64,000 nt of DNA from a virus. The stretch is taken from the UHGV virus genome UHGV-0057547; one strand, written 5' to 3'. This document shows positions 20,659-31,695 of the stretch, piece by piece. Positions within the stretch are counted from its first letter, which is position 1. Each line of letters opens with the position of its first letter. The notes under the pieces were generated by a model that searched no databases, was not told where the DNA came from, and saw nothing but the letters and a program-made list of their open reading frames with translations. The translations under genes were made by a program, and so were the position numbers.

Positions 20659-23600
20659 AATGAAATCTATATGGATTCCATTGCTGGTAAATTTAATACT
20701 TTAAAAGAAAATCTTAAAGGAATATTAACTAGCAATGTTACAACAGATATGTTTAAAGGACTATTAGATGGTGCTAATAAAGTAGTAGAAGCAGTAGGAA
20801 AAATAAGTTCAAGCTTAGGTAAAATTGGTTCTGCTGGTGCATTAGTAGGTATTTCATCTTTTGTAAAAACTTTATCAAATTTAGATAAAGCTAAAACAAT
20901 AGGTGGTGGTTTTACAGGATTTGATAACCTATTAGAAGTAATACAAGGTACTGCTGTTACTTCTTCCGGTGAAATAAAAACACTAGGCGATAGTTTTAAA
21001 GAATTAGGTGTTAAGACAACTCTATCTAAAGTAGCATTAGGATTATTTAAAGGTGTATTAATGGGTATTGCATTTACTGCTGTTGTTAAAGGAATAGATG
21101 CTATGGTAAAAGCATGGGACAATTATATTCATGCAACAGAAAATGCAGTAAAGGCTTCTAAAGAAAGACAAGATGGATATAGAGACGAAGCACAAACATT
21201 AAGTACTAAAAAATCAAGTCTACAAGAAATAGCTAAAGAATATGATAATTTAAATAATAAATCTGATAAAACTGCTGAAGATTTAACTAGATTAAATGAA
21301 TTAAAACAACAAATAGGACAAATAGCTCCTGACCTTGTTAAAGGATATGATTCAGCAGGTAATCCAATATTAAATCTTACTACTAGTATGCAAGGTTATA
21401 TAGCTGAATTAGATAAAGCAATCGCTAAACAACGAGAACTATATAATTATGAAACTAAAAAACAAGCACGAGAATATATGAAGAAAAATGACACTAAAAA
21501 TGGTGCTCAAGACCCTGAAAGAAATTCTTATGAAACTGAATTAAATCATCTTCAAAATGCAAATGATAGAAAAACTAGAGAAGAAAAAAGATATACTGGT
21601 AGTTTAAAAAATATTATTAAAGATAGAAATAAATATAGAGAAGACCAAGAAAAAAGTATTAATGATAGATTAGAAAGAATTAGAAATGCACAAACAGAAG
21701 TTAATAATAGAGATACTACAATTGAAGATAATTATGTTAACGAATTTAATAAGAAAACTAAATTAGCCGAAAAAGAACAAAATAAATTTGCTACTTTTAT
21801 GAAAGGACTAAATTGGGGTACTTATGGTGAAGCAGAAGCCAATAGAATGGCTAAAGGTTTACAAACATTATCTGAAAAAACTGCGTTTACAACTCAAGAA
21901 ATGACAAAAGGATTATCAGGTAGTATGTCAAAAAAAGTTTCAGCAGAAATTGCTAAAGTAAATGCAGAATTCAAAAAGACAAATGCCATAAACGAATGGG
22001 GAAAAAATTTAAGAAATATAGCTAATGAAACAGGAAAATTTGATTTTTCAAATTGGAGTAATTACTTATCAGAAGTTCAAACTCGTTTTGAACAAGGAGT
22101 AAGTACTAATGAACAATATACACATTCATTAGGAATCATGGCTGATGCTATGGAAGATTTAACTGGTATAGATTCAGATGTATTCTTACCAGCTTTAAAA
22201 GGTGGAGCAGATTTAGAAGAAGCCTTTAAATCAGCAACTGAAGGTTTAAATGGTTTTATGAGTGCTTATGGTTCTTCTACTGCAAAATTACAACAAGGCG
22301 ATTCATTTGCTAAAAAGTTAGAGTCTCAATTTAAAGAACTTGAAAATTTTGAAACTGAATTTGAAGGTCAATATGAGATGGAAGGTAAAGTTAGGGTAGA
22401 CTGGTTAATAGAACAAAAAGATAATAAAGATTTACCTAAACAATTAAGAACTATAATAGATGCGGTAACAAAAGACAATGAAGTAACAGAAGTAGAAGAA
22501 AAATTAGTATTAGCCTGTGAAACAGAAATAAAAGATAAAGGTAAGTTGGAACAAAGTACAATAGATGCAATAAATCAAGTAATGGACGGAACATGGGATG
22601 TAAATAAAACTATTGAAATAGGTGGTATGGAATTTACATCATCTGAAATAAAAGAATTAATGTCATTAGCTGACCAATTAGGTATATCTTTAGAAGGCTT
22701 AAATATTGGTGATACAGGATTAGATGGAGAAGCTCAAAAAGCTCAAGCATTAAAAGATGCAATAGATTCAATCTCAGATAGAGAAATAAAAGTAGCAATA
22801 GAGGCTGAAGGATTTGAAAATTCCGACCAAGTTAACAATATAATGTCAGTTGTTGACCAAATAGATGGAAGACAAGCTAAAGTTGATTTTATAGCAGATG
22901 CTTCTCAATACTTTATGGAAAATGATAGTGTTGAATCAGCAATAGAAGCTATGCCTGATGAAATAAAACTTAAATATAATATTGGGGTTGAAGGTGATGA
23001 AAGACTAGAAGGAATACAAAGTAGACTTGAAAAATTACCAAAAGATATTAGAACTATGGTATATGCTCAAACATATGGTGTAGAAAATGTTGAAATGCTA
23101 GAAAAAATGGTAGATACTTTTGGTGGAAAAACTGCAACAGCAATATTACAAATAGAAGGTATACAAGATTCTCTTAAAAATGCTACTACATTTGAGGAAC
23201 AATTAAAAATAATTGGAGACTATGTATGTAAACCTGGAGTAGAAATAGAAGGTAAAGATAAAATACTTGACACAATTGATAGCATATTAAAGAAATTAAA
23301 AGAAACAGATGGTAAAGAAGGTAAAGCTAAAGTAGAAGTAGAAGGAGATACTTCAGGAGCTGAGAAAGTAGAGAAAAAAGTAGAAGAAGTAGATGGTAAG
23401 GAAGGTAAAGCTAAGGCAAAAGTTGATGGAGATACTTCAGGAGCAGATAAAGTAGAGAAAAAAGTTGATGAAGTGGACGGCAAGGAAGGGACTGCTAAAG
23501 TAAAAGTAGATGCTGATACTTCTGAAGCTGAAAAAGCTAAAAAAGAAGTAGACAATTTAGCTGTTAATAAAAATGGTACAGTTACTTTATTAGTAAATGG

Positions 23601-26600
23601 TCAAGAAAAAATAGCAGAAGCCAAAATCAATAAAGGTCAATTAGAAGTAGATGGTAAAGCAGTTACGACTATTTCTGTTAATGGTAAAGACCAATTGCCA
23701 GTTGCTATTAATGAAAAAGGTCAATTAGAAGTAAATGGTCAAGCTATAACTAATGTTAATGTTAATGGTAAAGACCAATTAACTTTGGCTAGAAATGAAA
23801 AAGGGCAATTAGAAGTAAATGGTAAAGCTATAACTAATATCGATGTAACAGGAAAAGAAAAAGTTTCTGATGCAAAAAAAGAAGTTGACGATTTAACTAA
23901 AGATAATAAAAATGTTAGTATTAATATTGATGTCTCATTAAAAGAAACTGTTGGTGAAATATTATCAAGATTTGGACTAAATAAGAAAACAGAAAATGTT
24001 GAAATTAACGTATCATGTAATGATAATGCAACTCCAGTATTAGAAAAAATAATGTCAAGACAAGATAAAACTATACATATAACAGTAGATTGTACAGACC
24101 ATGCAACTTCTAAAATAAACAATATAACTAAAATCGGAAATAAAACTGTAACAGTTACAATAAATTGTCAAGATAATGCTACTCCTAAAATAAATAGTGT
24201 GGCTAAGTTAGGAAATAAATCTGTAACAGTTACAATAAATTGTCAAGATAACGCAAGTTCTACGATAAACAGGGTTACAAGCGCACCTTCTTCTAAGTCA
24301 ATAAATGTTGTAGTAACTTGTTCAAATGGAGGAGCAGTTCTTAATACTCTTTCACAATTGGCTAGTAAAGTAATACCTAGCAAAAAATTTACTATAACTT
24401 GTGCAGATAGTGCTAGTAGTGTAGTAAGTAGAGTTAATGGTTTAAGAATATCTGATAAGAGATTTAAAATAGATTGTACAGATAATGCAACTGCTAAAGT
24501 AAATAGAGTTATTAGTAAAAAAATACCAAATAAATCATTTACTATAAGTTGTAACGATAACGCTAGTGGTAAGTTAAGCAGTATTATAAGCAAAATAAGT
24601 AATATCCATAGTAAATCAGTAACAATTACTACTAATCATGTAAGTAAAGGTGAAAAATCATCTGTTGGCGAACCAACAATTGTTGATTTACAACCTCAAC
24701 CATTTGGTAGTGCTCAAGCTTCTAATCCTCAAGTACAATCATTAGGCGAACAAGTTCAAGTATTAAGTGATAGTGTACAACAACAAACTGACAATAATAA
24801 TGAAGTTAGTGTAATGGCTAAGAAAACATATAAAGCCAATATTGATACTGGTTTAACAGTAAGTGCAGTTAAATATAATATTGATTTATTAACTAACATG
24901 AATAATCTACTTAAAAAATTAGGAACTCAAGTTGATATATTAAAAGCTAAACAAGAAAGAACTTGGGGTAATGCAAGTGCTAAATTACTTAGAAGTCAAA
25001 TTGCTTTACTAACTAAACAACAAAGTTTAACTAAAGTAAATATTAAGAACATGGAAGGCATGGCTAAAAAACTTAAGGGTAGTTTACAAAAACAAGGATT
25101 TAAGTTTAAAGATGATGGAACAATAAGTAATTACAATAGTAAACTTGTTAAAATGCAAAAAACTGTTGAAAGTTTAGAAAAAGCCGAAAAAGCATTAGAA
25201 GACCAAATAGATAAAACTGAGAAACAAATTTCAAAATCTGAAAAGAAATCTTCAAGCAAGAAAAAATCAACTAGTAAAAAGAAATCTTCAAGTAAGAAAA
25301 AGAGTACAAGCAAAAAGAAGAAAACTTCAAGTAAGAAAAAATCAACTAAGAAAAAGAGCACTACTAAGAAGAAATCAACTAGTAAGAAAAAGAGCTCTAG
25401 TAAGAGCAATAGAAAGACTACATCAAGTAAAGCTAGTAAAAAGAAAACTACTAAGAAGAAAAAATCAACTAGCAAGAAAAAGAGTACATCAACTAAGAAG
25501 AAAAGTACTAAGAAAAGCACTACTAAAAAGAAATCGACTAAGAAGAAGAGTACTAAGAAAAGCACTAAGAAGACAAGCACTAAATCAAAAGCAACTAAAG
25601 CATTAGAAAGTAAGAAGAGTGGATTAGAAAAGAAAAAAGATGCAATAAGCAAAAAATTAGAAAAAGCACAAAAAGAATTATCAGAAACTCAAAGCAAATT
25701 AAATGAATATTATAATCTACAATTTAGCGAAATTCCTGAAGCTCAACAACAATGGGAAGAATATGCTAATGCTATTGCAGAAGCTAAGGCAGAAATAATT
25801 AGATGTGAATTAGAAGCTAAAACATTCTTCAAGACAATTAAAATGGAAATGAAGGATGCTATGATTAGCAGAAATGAAACTTGGGCAGATACATTTATGT
25901 TAAAAGCTGATTTAAGTAGTTGGTCTAAGGCAGTAGGATACATTAAAGAAGCTAATAAATTATTAGAAAAAAATCAAAAACATCAACAATCAAAATTAGA
26001 AACTGCACAAGATAGAGCAAATGATAATAAAGCATTCTTAAAGAAACAAGGATTTAAATTTGATAAAAATGGATATGTAACAGGTGCTGAAAAAACTTTA
26101 GAAAAAATAAAAAAATCTAAATCTACTCAAGAATATGATGCTATAAAAGAAGCATTTGACCAATATGTTGAAGATATGTATGAAAACATTCCTAAAGCTG
26201 AAAATGAATGGTGGAAATTAGAACAAGAAATAAAGGAAAATGAAAGACAAATAAAAGAAACCACTAAGGCTATGAATGACTTAGTTAATTCAGCTAAGGT
26301 AGATAAATTAACTAGACAATTCGATGTACTTTCAAATAGTTTAGATATATTAGACCTTAAAATGGAACGTGCTTATGGAGCTAATAAAATAGACTATATG
26401 CAACAACAACTTGATATATTGACTAGTATGAAGAATAAGAATCAAGAAATTATTAATCAAAATACTGAGTTGTTAAATGATAGTAAGAAACAATTAGCTC
26501 AATATGGTATTACATTTGATGAAGATGGCAATATAGATAATTTATCAAGTGCATTGAAAAAATTAGATAATTTACAAGACATGGAAGATTTACAAGACTT

Positions 26601-27270
26601 AGTTGATGAATATAATGATTATAAAGATTCAATAGATGATGCTAGTAAATCAATTGAAGAAGAAACTAATAAACAACTTGAATTAAAAGATTCAATGATG
26701 GAAATTAGAGAAGAAATGAGAAAACTTAGAGATGATGCGTGGGTTAAAACTTATGAAAATGGTCTAAAAGTTATTCAAAATCGTATTGATACAATAGATT
26801 CTTTATTAGATTTGGAAGATGAAAATCAATTTGGTTTACTAAATCAAAAAATTGAAGAATATAAGAATTTAACTAAGGCAACTGAAGATAGTTTAGCTTA
26901 TCAAAAACATAGAAAAGTTACTATGCAAAAAACATTAATTGATTACGGATTCACTATTAATGATGATGGTACAATAGATGGAACTGCTAATAAATTAGAA
27001 CAACTTAAAAATACATTATCTGAAACTGAATTTGGTATAGTAAGTGATACATTAGAAGATTATTTTGATACTGCTTTAGATACAATTCCTGAATTAGAAA
27101 GAGAATTAATAAAATATCAAAAAGATTTAAAAGATATACAAAATACTAAACTAGAAAAAACTAAAACTATTGAAGAAAAAATTACAGAAATATATAATGA
27201 TGAAATAGATAAAAGAACTAAAAAGATACAAGAAGAAGCAGAAGCACAAACTAAAGCACTAAATAAGGCT
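20659..27270 (+). CDS. TMP exon 5, about 2,204 aa. It carries internal tandem repeats and a K/S/T-rich tract.
   Basis: In frame from the intron's 3' G. Sequence NEIYMDSIAGKF... The ORF-track TTG start at 20647 lies inside the intron's 3' end. Confidence 0.55.
23290..23560 (+). repeat. Three tandem coding repeats in the TMP of about 60 nt each
   Basis: The repeated peptide is (V/A)EGDTSGAEKVEKKV(E/D)EVDGKEGKAK. Confidence 0.6.
24090..24620 (+). repeat. About eight tandem coding repeats in the TMP
   Basis: The repeat is ...TVTINCQDNATPKIN.V.K.GNKS... with degenerate copies. Confidence 0.55.
25240..25610 (+). repeat. Low-complexity K/S/T-rich coding tract in the TMP
   Basis: KKSSSKKKSTSKKKSSSKKK... 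runs for about 120 aa. Confidence 0.6.
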
Positions 27271-27498
27271 AAATTTAGCCTGGTTGTCGAGTAATCGGCT
27301 TCAAAAATAATAGATTTAATTGCAGGTAATTCCTAAAGCCTTACACCACAAGCACAGAGAAATCATGTGTTGAAGGTACGAAAGTAGAAAAAACGTAAGG
27401 ATGGATATAAGGTTAAATCCTAAGTATCCAAACATATTTATATATGTTAAAATGGATGTTCATGCAGGTAAGATTCTAAATTAAATTATTTTAAATAT

Positions 27499-27541
27499 TT
27501 GACTTTTAATAAGATAAATTGTATAATATAAGTAAAGAGAG
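27499..27541 (+). promoter_or_regulatory. Sigma70-like promoter and RBS driving the intron-encoded HNH ORF
   Basis: TTGACT-17 nt-TATAAT with the TGTATAAT extended form, then AGAGAGGTGG as RBS. Confidence 0.5.
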
Positions 27542-28444
27542 GTGGAATATATGGGTCAAAAATTGAATAGAAAAAAAATAGAAAAATATATAAATCAATA
27601 TAATTATGAAGTTTTATATTGTAAACATGATAAAAATAAATATAAATGGAAACTCATTTTAATGTGCCCTAATTTTCATATTTTCAAAATGGATTTTGAT
27701 AAATTTCAAAATAATAGAAGATGCCCTTGTTGTAATGGTTCTAAGTATAATGAAGATTTTGTTAGAGAATATATGTTAAATAATGGAGATATACTTTTAT
27801 CTCATTATCATAATGGAAATGAAAAATTAAAAGTAATGTGTAAATATGGTCATATTTTTTATCCAATATTTAATAATTACTATAATAAAAATTCAAGATG
27901 TCCATATTGTAATGGGAATATAACTATGGAGCATAAAAGTTTTATTAATAGATTAAATACAATTAACCCTAACATAGAAATATTGGGTGAATATAAAAAT
28001 AGTCATACTAAAATTAAATGTAAGTGTAAAATAGATGGGCATGAATGGGAGGCAAAGCCTACTAATCTATTAGGAAGTAAAAATGCAAAACCAACTGGAT
28101 GTCCAAAGTGTTATAGACGAACTTATCGAGGTGAAACACATCCTTTATTTGACCATAGTAAAACAAAAGAAGATAGAGAAGATGATAGAAGTTATTTTGA
28201 ATATAATGAATGGAGAACTAAATGTTTTGAGAGAGATAAATATACTTGTCAAGTTACCGGACAACAAGGTGGAAGATTAGTAGTACATCATTTATATTCT
28301 TATAATAAATATTATTGTTTAAGAACGACATTGGAAAATGGTATAACAATATCAGAAGAAATACATAAAAAATTCCATTCTATTTATGGAAATGGAAATA
28401 ATACATTCGAACAATGGGAAGAATTTATTAAAAGTTTAAAATAA
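27542..28444 (+). CDS. Intron-encoded HNH endonuclease with N-terminal zinc-ribbon modules
   Basis: The zinc-ribbon modules resemble those of the Vsr-like family. The C-terminus carries CQVTGQQGGRLVVHHLYSYNKYYCLRTTLENGITISEEIHKKFH. Confidence 0.65.
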   Translation: MEYMGQKLNRKKIEKYINQYNYEVLYCKHDKNKYKWKLILMCPNFHIFKMDFDKFQNNRRCPCCNGSKYNEDFVREYMLNNGDILLSHYHNGNEKLKVMCKYGHIFYPIFNNYYNKNSRCPYCNGNITMEHKSFINRLNTINPNIEILGEYKNSHTKIKCKCKIDGHEWEAKPTNLLGSKNAKPTGCPKCYRRTYRGETHPLFDHSKTKEDREDDRSYFEYNEWRTKCFERDKYTCQVTGQQGGRLVVHHLYSYNKYYCLRTTLENGITISEEIHKKFHSIYGNGNNTFEQWEEFIKSLK

Positions 28445-28642
28445 TTTAACATGAATAAACTTCAACGACTATCCCTTGGATTTACTAATTTAGTAAATCA
28501 ATAGGAGTACGGCTCAAGTGATTGGAGTGGGTGAAATCCCCTTAAATGGAAAAGGTCTACTCCTACAATTGTAGGATGAAGAAATAGTCTTGACACGTTT
28601 TGAAAGAAAGTGCTTAGAATTAACTAAGGTTTATAAAATGCG

Positions 28643-29006
28643 ATTATAAATAAAATTTTTCGTAAAGAAGCTTATCAAAGATGGAGAGACGATGTTGACT
28701 ATAAAGATGATTATAACAAACAATTAAAAACTGTTGAAGATTTACAAAAGAAAATAGAAATAGCGAAACGTGATGATAGTTTAACTGGACAAAAACGTTT
28801 AGCAGATTTGATGAAAGAATTAAAAGAAGAACAAGAAAATCTTGAAGATATGGTTCAAGACAAAATTAACAGTGACGTGAATAATATGTTTGATGACCAA
28901 ATAGACAAAATAGAAGAAAATTCTGATGAAGAAGTTAAGAATTTGGAAAAAACATGGTCAGAAAGCAAAATAGCTGAAATGGTTAAACAAGCACTTGATA
29001 CTGGAG
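28643..29006 (+). CDS. TMP exon 6
   Basis: IINKIFRKEAYQRWRDDVDYKDD...KQALDTG. The frame is continuous with exon 5 when the intron ends at the G of ATGCG. Confidence 0.45.
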
Positions 29007-29217
29007 TAAATTAGCTCCTTTTACTAAGTAATTAGTATTAAAACTCATTGAATTGCTGGAACTTCCTAAAGCTAACTAAACTACAATATGGCTAGAAATG
29101 GCGAATATGAATGTGGCGAAAGCAGAAAAAATTAGTTAGATATTCATATGGTTAAATCCTAAGTGAATATAAATGGATAATCAGCAGGTAAGTGCCTAAA
29201 TTTATTTTATAAAATAA

Positions 29218-29268
29218 TTGACTTTTAATAAGATAAAACGTATAATATAAGTAAAGAAAGGGGTTGAG
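29218..29268 (+). promoter_or_regulatory. Sigma70-like promoter and RBS driving an intron-encoded endonuclease
   Basis: TTGACTTTTAATAAGATAAAACGTATAATATAAGTAAAGAAAGGGG is nearly identical to the cassette at 27499. Confidence 0.5.
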
Positions 29269-30360
29269 ATGATGAAAAAACATGATTATAAATTTATTAA
29301 AGAATATGTTGAAAGTTTTGGATATAAATTATTATCAACAGAATATAAAAATGCTAATACTAAATTAAAAATAGAATGTCAAGAAGGACATATGTTTGAA
29401 AGAACATTTAGTAAGTTTAAACAAACTCAAAATTGTCCATATTGCACTAATACTAGAAAATGGAATATTTTAGAAATAAAAGAGTATTTAAAAAACATAG
29501 GTTATACATTATTAAGTACAGAGTATAAAAATAATCAAACCAAATTAGATATGATTTGTTCAGAGGGACATAAAATACAAATGACTTTAGGAAATATCCA
29601 ACAAGGTAAAAGATGTCATATATGTTCAAGAAAAACAGCTTCAGAAAAAAGAAAACATGATTATGAATTCGTTAAGCAATATATTGAAAATGAAGGTTAT
29701 AAATTATTATCCAAAACATATATAAATCAAGATGAAAAATTAAAAATAAGATGTTCGAAAGGTCATATATTTTTAATGAGTTTTTGTAAATTTAAACAAG
29801 GTCAAAGATGTCCTCAATGTTGTAAAAATAAAAAAATGTCTCATAAAGAATTTTTAGAAAAATTCTATAATCAAAATTACAATACTGAAAATATAGAAAT
29901 ATTGAGTGAATATATAAATGCTAAGACGAAAATAAAATGTAAATGTCTAAAAGACGGTTGTATTTGGTATGTTATACCTAATAGTTTACTAAACGGAACT
30001 GGTTGTCCTCAATGTAACGAATCTAAAGGAGAAAAAAGAGTTGCTAAATATTTAGATAGTAGAAATATAGAATATGAAAGACAATATAAATTTAATGATT
30101 GTAAAAGTAACAAAGAGTTACCTTTTGATTTTTATATACATAGTTTAAATATAGCTATAGAATATGATGGTGGACAACATTATATGATAGTAAACCATTT
30201 TGGAGGACTTAATGGATTTATAACTACTAAAATACATGACACTATAAAAACACAATATTGCAAAAATAACAATATTCGTTTAATAAGAATACCATATTGG
30301 GATTTTGATAATATAGAAAATATACTAAGTCAATTATTAAATATAAATATGAATAAATAA
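29269..30360 (+). CDS. Intron-encoded zinc-ribbon / Vsr-DUF559-like endonuclease (paralog, 4 modules)
   Basis: ELPFDFYIHSLNIAIEYDGGQHY...IRLIRIPYWDF. Confidence 0.7.
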   Translation: MMKKHDYKFIKEYVESFGYKLLSTEYKNANTKLKIECQEGHMFERTFSKFKQTQNCPYCTNTRKWNILEIKEYLKNIGYTLLSTEYKNNQTKLDMICSEGHKIQMTLGNIQQGKRCHICSRKTASEKRKHDYEFVKQYIENEGYKLLSKTYINQDEKLKIRCSKGHIFLMSFCKFKQGQRCPQCCKNKKMSHKEFLEKFYNQNYNTENIEILSEYINAKTKIKCKCLKDGCIWYVIPNSLLNGTGCPQCNESKGEKRVAKYLDSRNIEYERQYKFNDCKSNKELPFDFYIHSLNIAIEYDGGQHYMIVNHFGGLNGFITTKIHDTIKTQYCKNNNIRLIRIPYWDFDNIENILSQLLNINMNK

Positions 30361-30508
30361 GGCAAAACTTCAACGACTATATATACTAGTAGTCTAGTTA
30401 GTGGTGAGCATCCTTATGGGATGATGATATAGTCTACTCTCATGTGAAAGCATGAGCAGTTCATAAGAGAACGGTATAAGGTTTAACGAACTTTATATGA
30501 ATATTAAG

Positions 30509-30910
30509 GTGTTTACAGATATTGATGGAAATATCAAAACTCTTCAAACAGCATTAATGGATTTTGCTAATACAAGTTCTGATTATTTTGGAGTTATGGG
30601 TGATTCATTAAAGAAAGAATTGTTAAATAATCTTAATGTAGCATTAGAGACTATGAAAGAACTTCAAAAAATGTCAGATAATTATACTGCTCCTAATATA
30701 GATTATAGCAATACAGTACTTCCAAAAGATAGTGGTATTAATACTTCTCCACAAGTTTCTAGTAATGTTGAAACTAATAATATTACAATTGGAGATACTA
30801 ATATTACAATTCAAGGTGGTGCAGATGATGTTACTTTAGGAAAAGTAGATGAAATGTTAAAAGATTACAAAGCAAGCATTTGTAAGGAAATTGTTAAAAA
30901 TATGAAATAA
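30509..30910 (+). CDS. TMP terminal exon
   Basis: VFTDIDGNIKTLQTALMDF... The ORF-track ATG at 30497 is intronic sequence ATGAATATTAAG. Confidence 0.45.
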   Translation: MFTDIDGNIKTLQTALMDFANTSSDYFGVMGDSLKKELLNNLNVALETMKELQKMSDNYTAPNIDYSNTVLPKDSGINTSPQVSSNVETNNITIGDTNITIQGGADDVTLGKVDEMLKDYKASICKEIVKNMK

Positions 30911-30916
30911 ATTTAC

Positions 30917-30958
30917 GAAGGAAGGGTTAAAATATAACTCTTCCTTCTTATTTTATAT
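30917..30958 (+). terminator. Putative terminator after the TMP gene
   Basis: GAAGGAAG...CTTCCTTC hairpin followed by TTATTTTAT. Confidence 0.45.
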
Positions 30959-30987
30959 ATGTAAGATAAAAGAAAGGAGAAAGGAAT

Positions 30988-31695
30988 ATGGCAAAGCCTT
31001 ATTATTTAAAATTTAAAATATGTAGTACTTGTAAAAATATATTACATATAAGTAAATTTAATAAAAATAAAAAATGTAAATATGGTGTGTCATCTCGATG
31101 CAGAGAGTGTGATAGAAAATATTATAAAAAATACTATGGGAGTAATAAAGAAAAAATAATAGAAACAAATAAAGAATATTATAAAAACAATAAAGAAAAA
31201 ATTTTAGAATACCATAAAGAATATTATGAAGACAATAAAGAAAAAATCTATAAAAAAACAAGACAATATGCAATTGATAATAAAGAGAAAACTAATGAAT
31301 ATAAAAGAAAATATAAAAAAAATAATCCTAATAAAACATTTAATAACAGTATAAAAAGAAGATTAAATGAAAAAACACAAGGTAATGGAATTACTAAAGA
31401 ACAATGGTATGAAATGATGGGATTTTTTGATTGGAAATGTGCTTATAGTGGAGAATACATAGGTGGAGATAATGATAATAGAACTATAGACCATATTGTA
31501 CCTTTAAACAATGATGGAGAACATGAAATTTGGAATTGTGTACCTATGTATCAACCTTACAACAGTGGTAAACGTGATAGAAATATGTTAGAATGGTATT
31601 TAAAACAAGAATATTTCTCAATAGAAAAATTAACTAAAATATATGAATGGAGAATATATGCATATAATAAATGGGGTGATATAAATGGCAAGTAG
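30988..31695 (+). CDS. Free-standing HNH endonuclease with an N-terminal NKEKI/EYY repeat domain
   Basis: RTIDHIVPLNNDGEHEIWNCVPM forms the HNH core. The K/Y-rich heptad-like repeats are NKEKIIETNKEYYKNNKEKILEYHKEYYEDNKEKIYKK. Confidence 0.6.
   Translation: MAKPYYLKFKICSTCKNILHISKFNKNKKCKYGVSSRCRECDRKYYKKYYGSNKEKIIETNKEYYKNNKEKILEYHKEYYEDNKEKIYKKTRQYAIDNKEKTNEYKRKYKKNNPNKTFNNSIKRRLNEKTQGNGITKEQWYEMMGFFDWKCAYSGEYIGGDNDNRTIDHIVPLNNDGEHEIWNCVPMYQPYNSGKRDRNMLEWYLKQEYFSIEKLTKIYEWRIYAYNKWGDINGK

Larger units (their letters stand above)
27271..28642 (+). mobile_element. Group I intron A7 with an HNH endonuclease ORF
   Basis: The 5' sequence AAATTTAGCCTGGTTGTCGAGTAATCGGCTTCAAAAATAATAGATTTAATTGCAGG is nearly identical to the start of A12. 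R at 28456, S GAAGAAATAGTCTTGAC. The 3' end is ...AAAATGCG. Confidence 0.65.
29007..30508 (+). mobile_element. Group I intron A8 with an endonuclease ORF
   Basis: The 5' sequence is GTAAATTAGCTCC. P at 29066, Q AATCAGCAGGTAAGTGCC at 29186, R at 30370, S GATGATATAGTCTACTCTCATGTGAAAGCATGAGCAGTT. The 3' end is ...ATGAATATTAAG. Confidence 0.7.

Noticed and set aside
20667-21122. 151-aa minus-strand ORF inside TMP exon 5
   Set aside because: It is antisense to a well-supported coding region and has a low-complexity S/P/T composition. The other minus-strand ORFs in the track are rejected for the same reason.
25131-25652. 173-aa antisense ORF (FLLVDFF-rich) opposite the TMP K/S tract
   Set aside because: It mirrors the AAG/AAA-rich coding repeat, has no start context, and every surrounding gene lies on the + strand.
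30497-30508. ORF-track start codons at 30497 (ATG), 4720 (GTG), 20647 (TTG), 57279 (ATG) and 10565
   Set aside because: They lie within intron 3' ends or inside downstream exons whose frames are open further upstream. The real protein N-termini are in the upstream exons.
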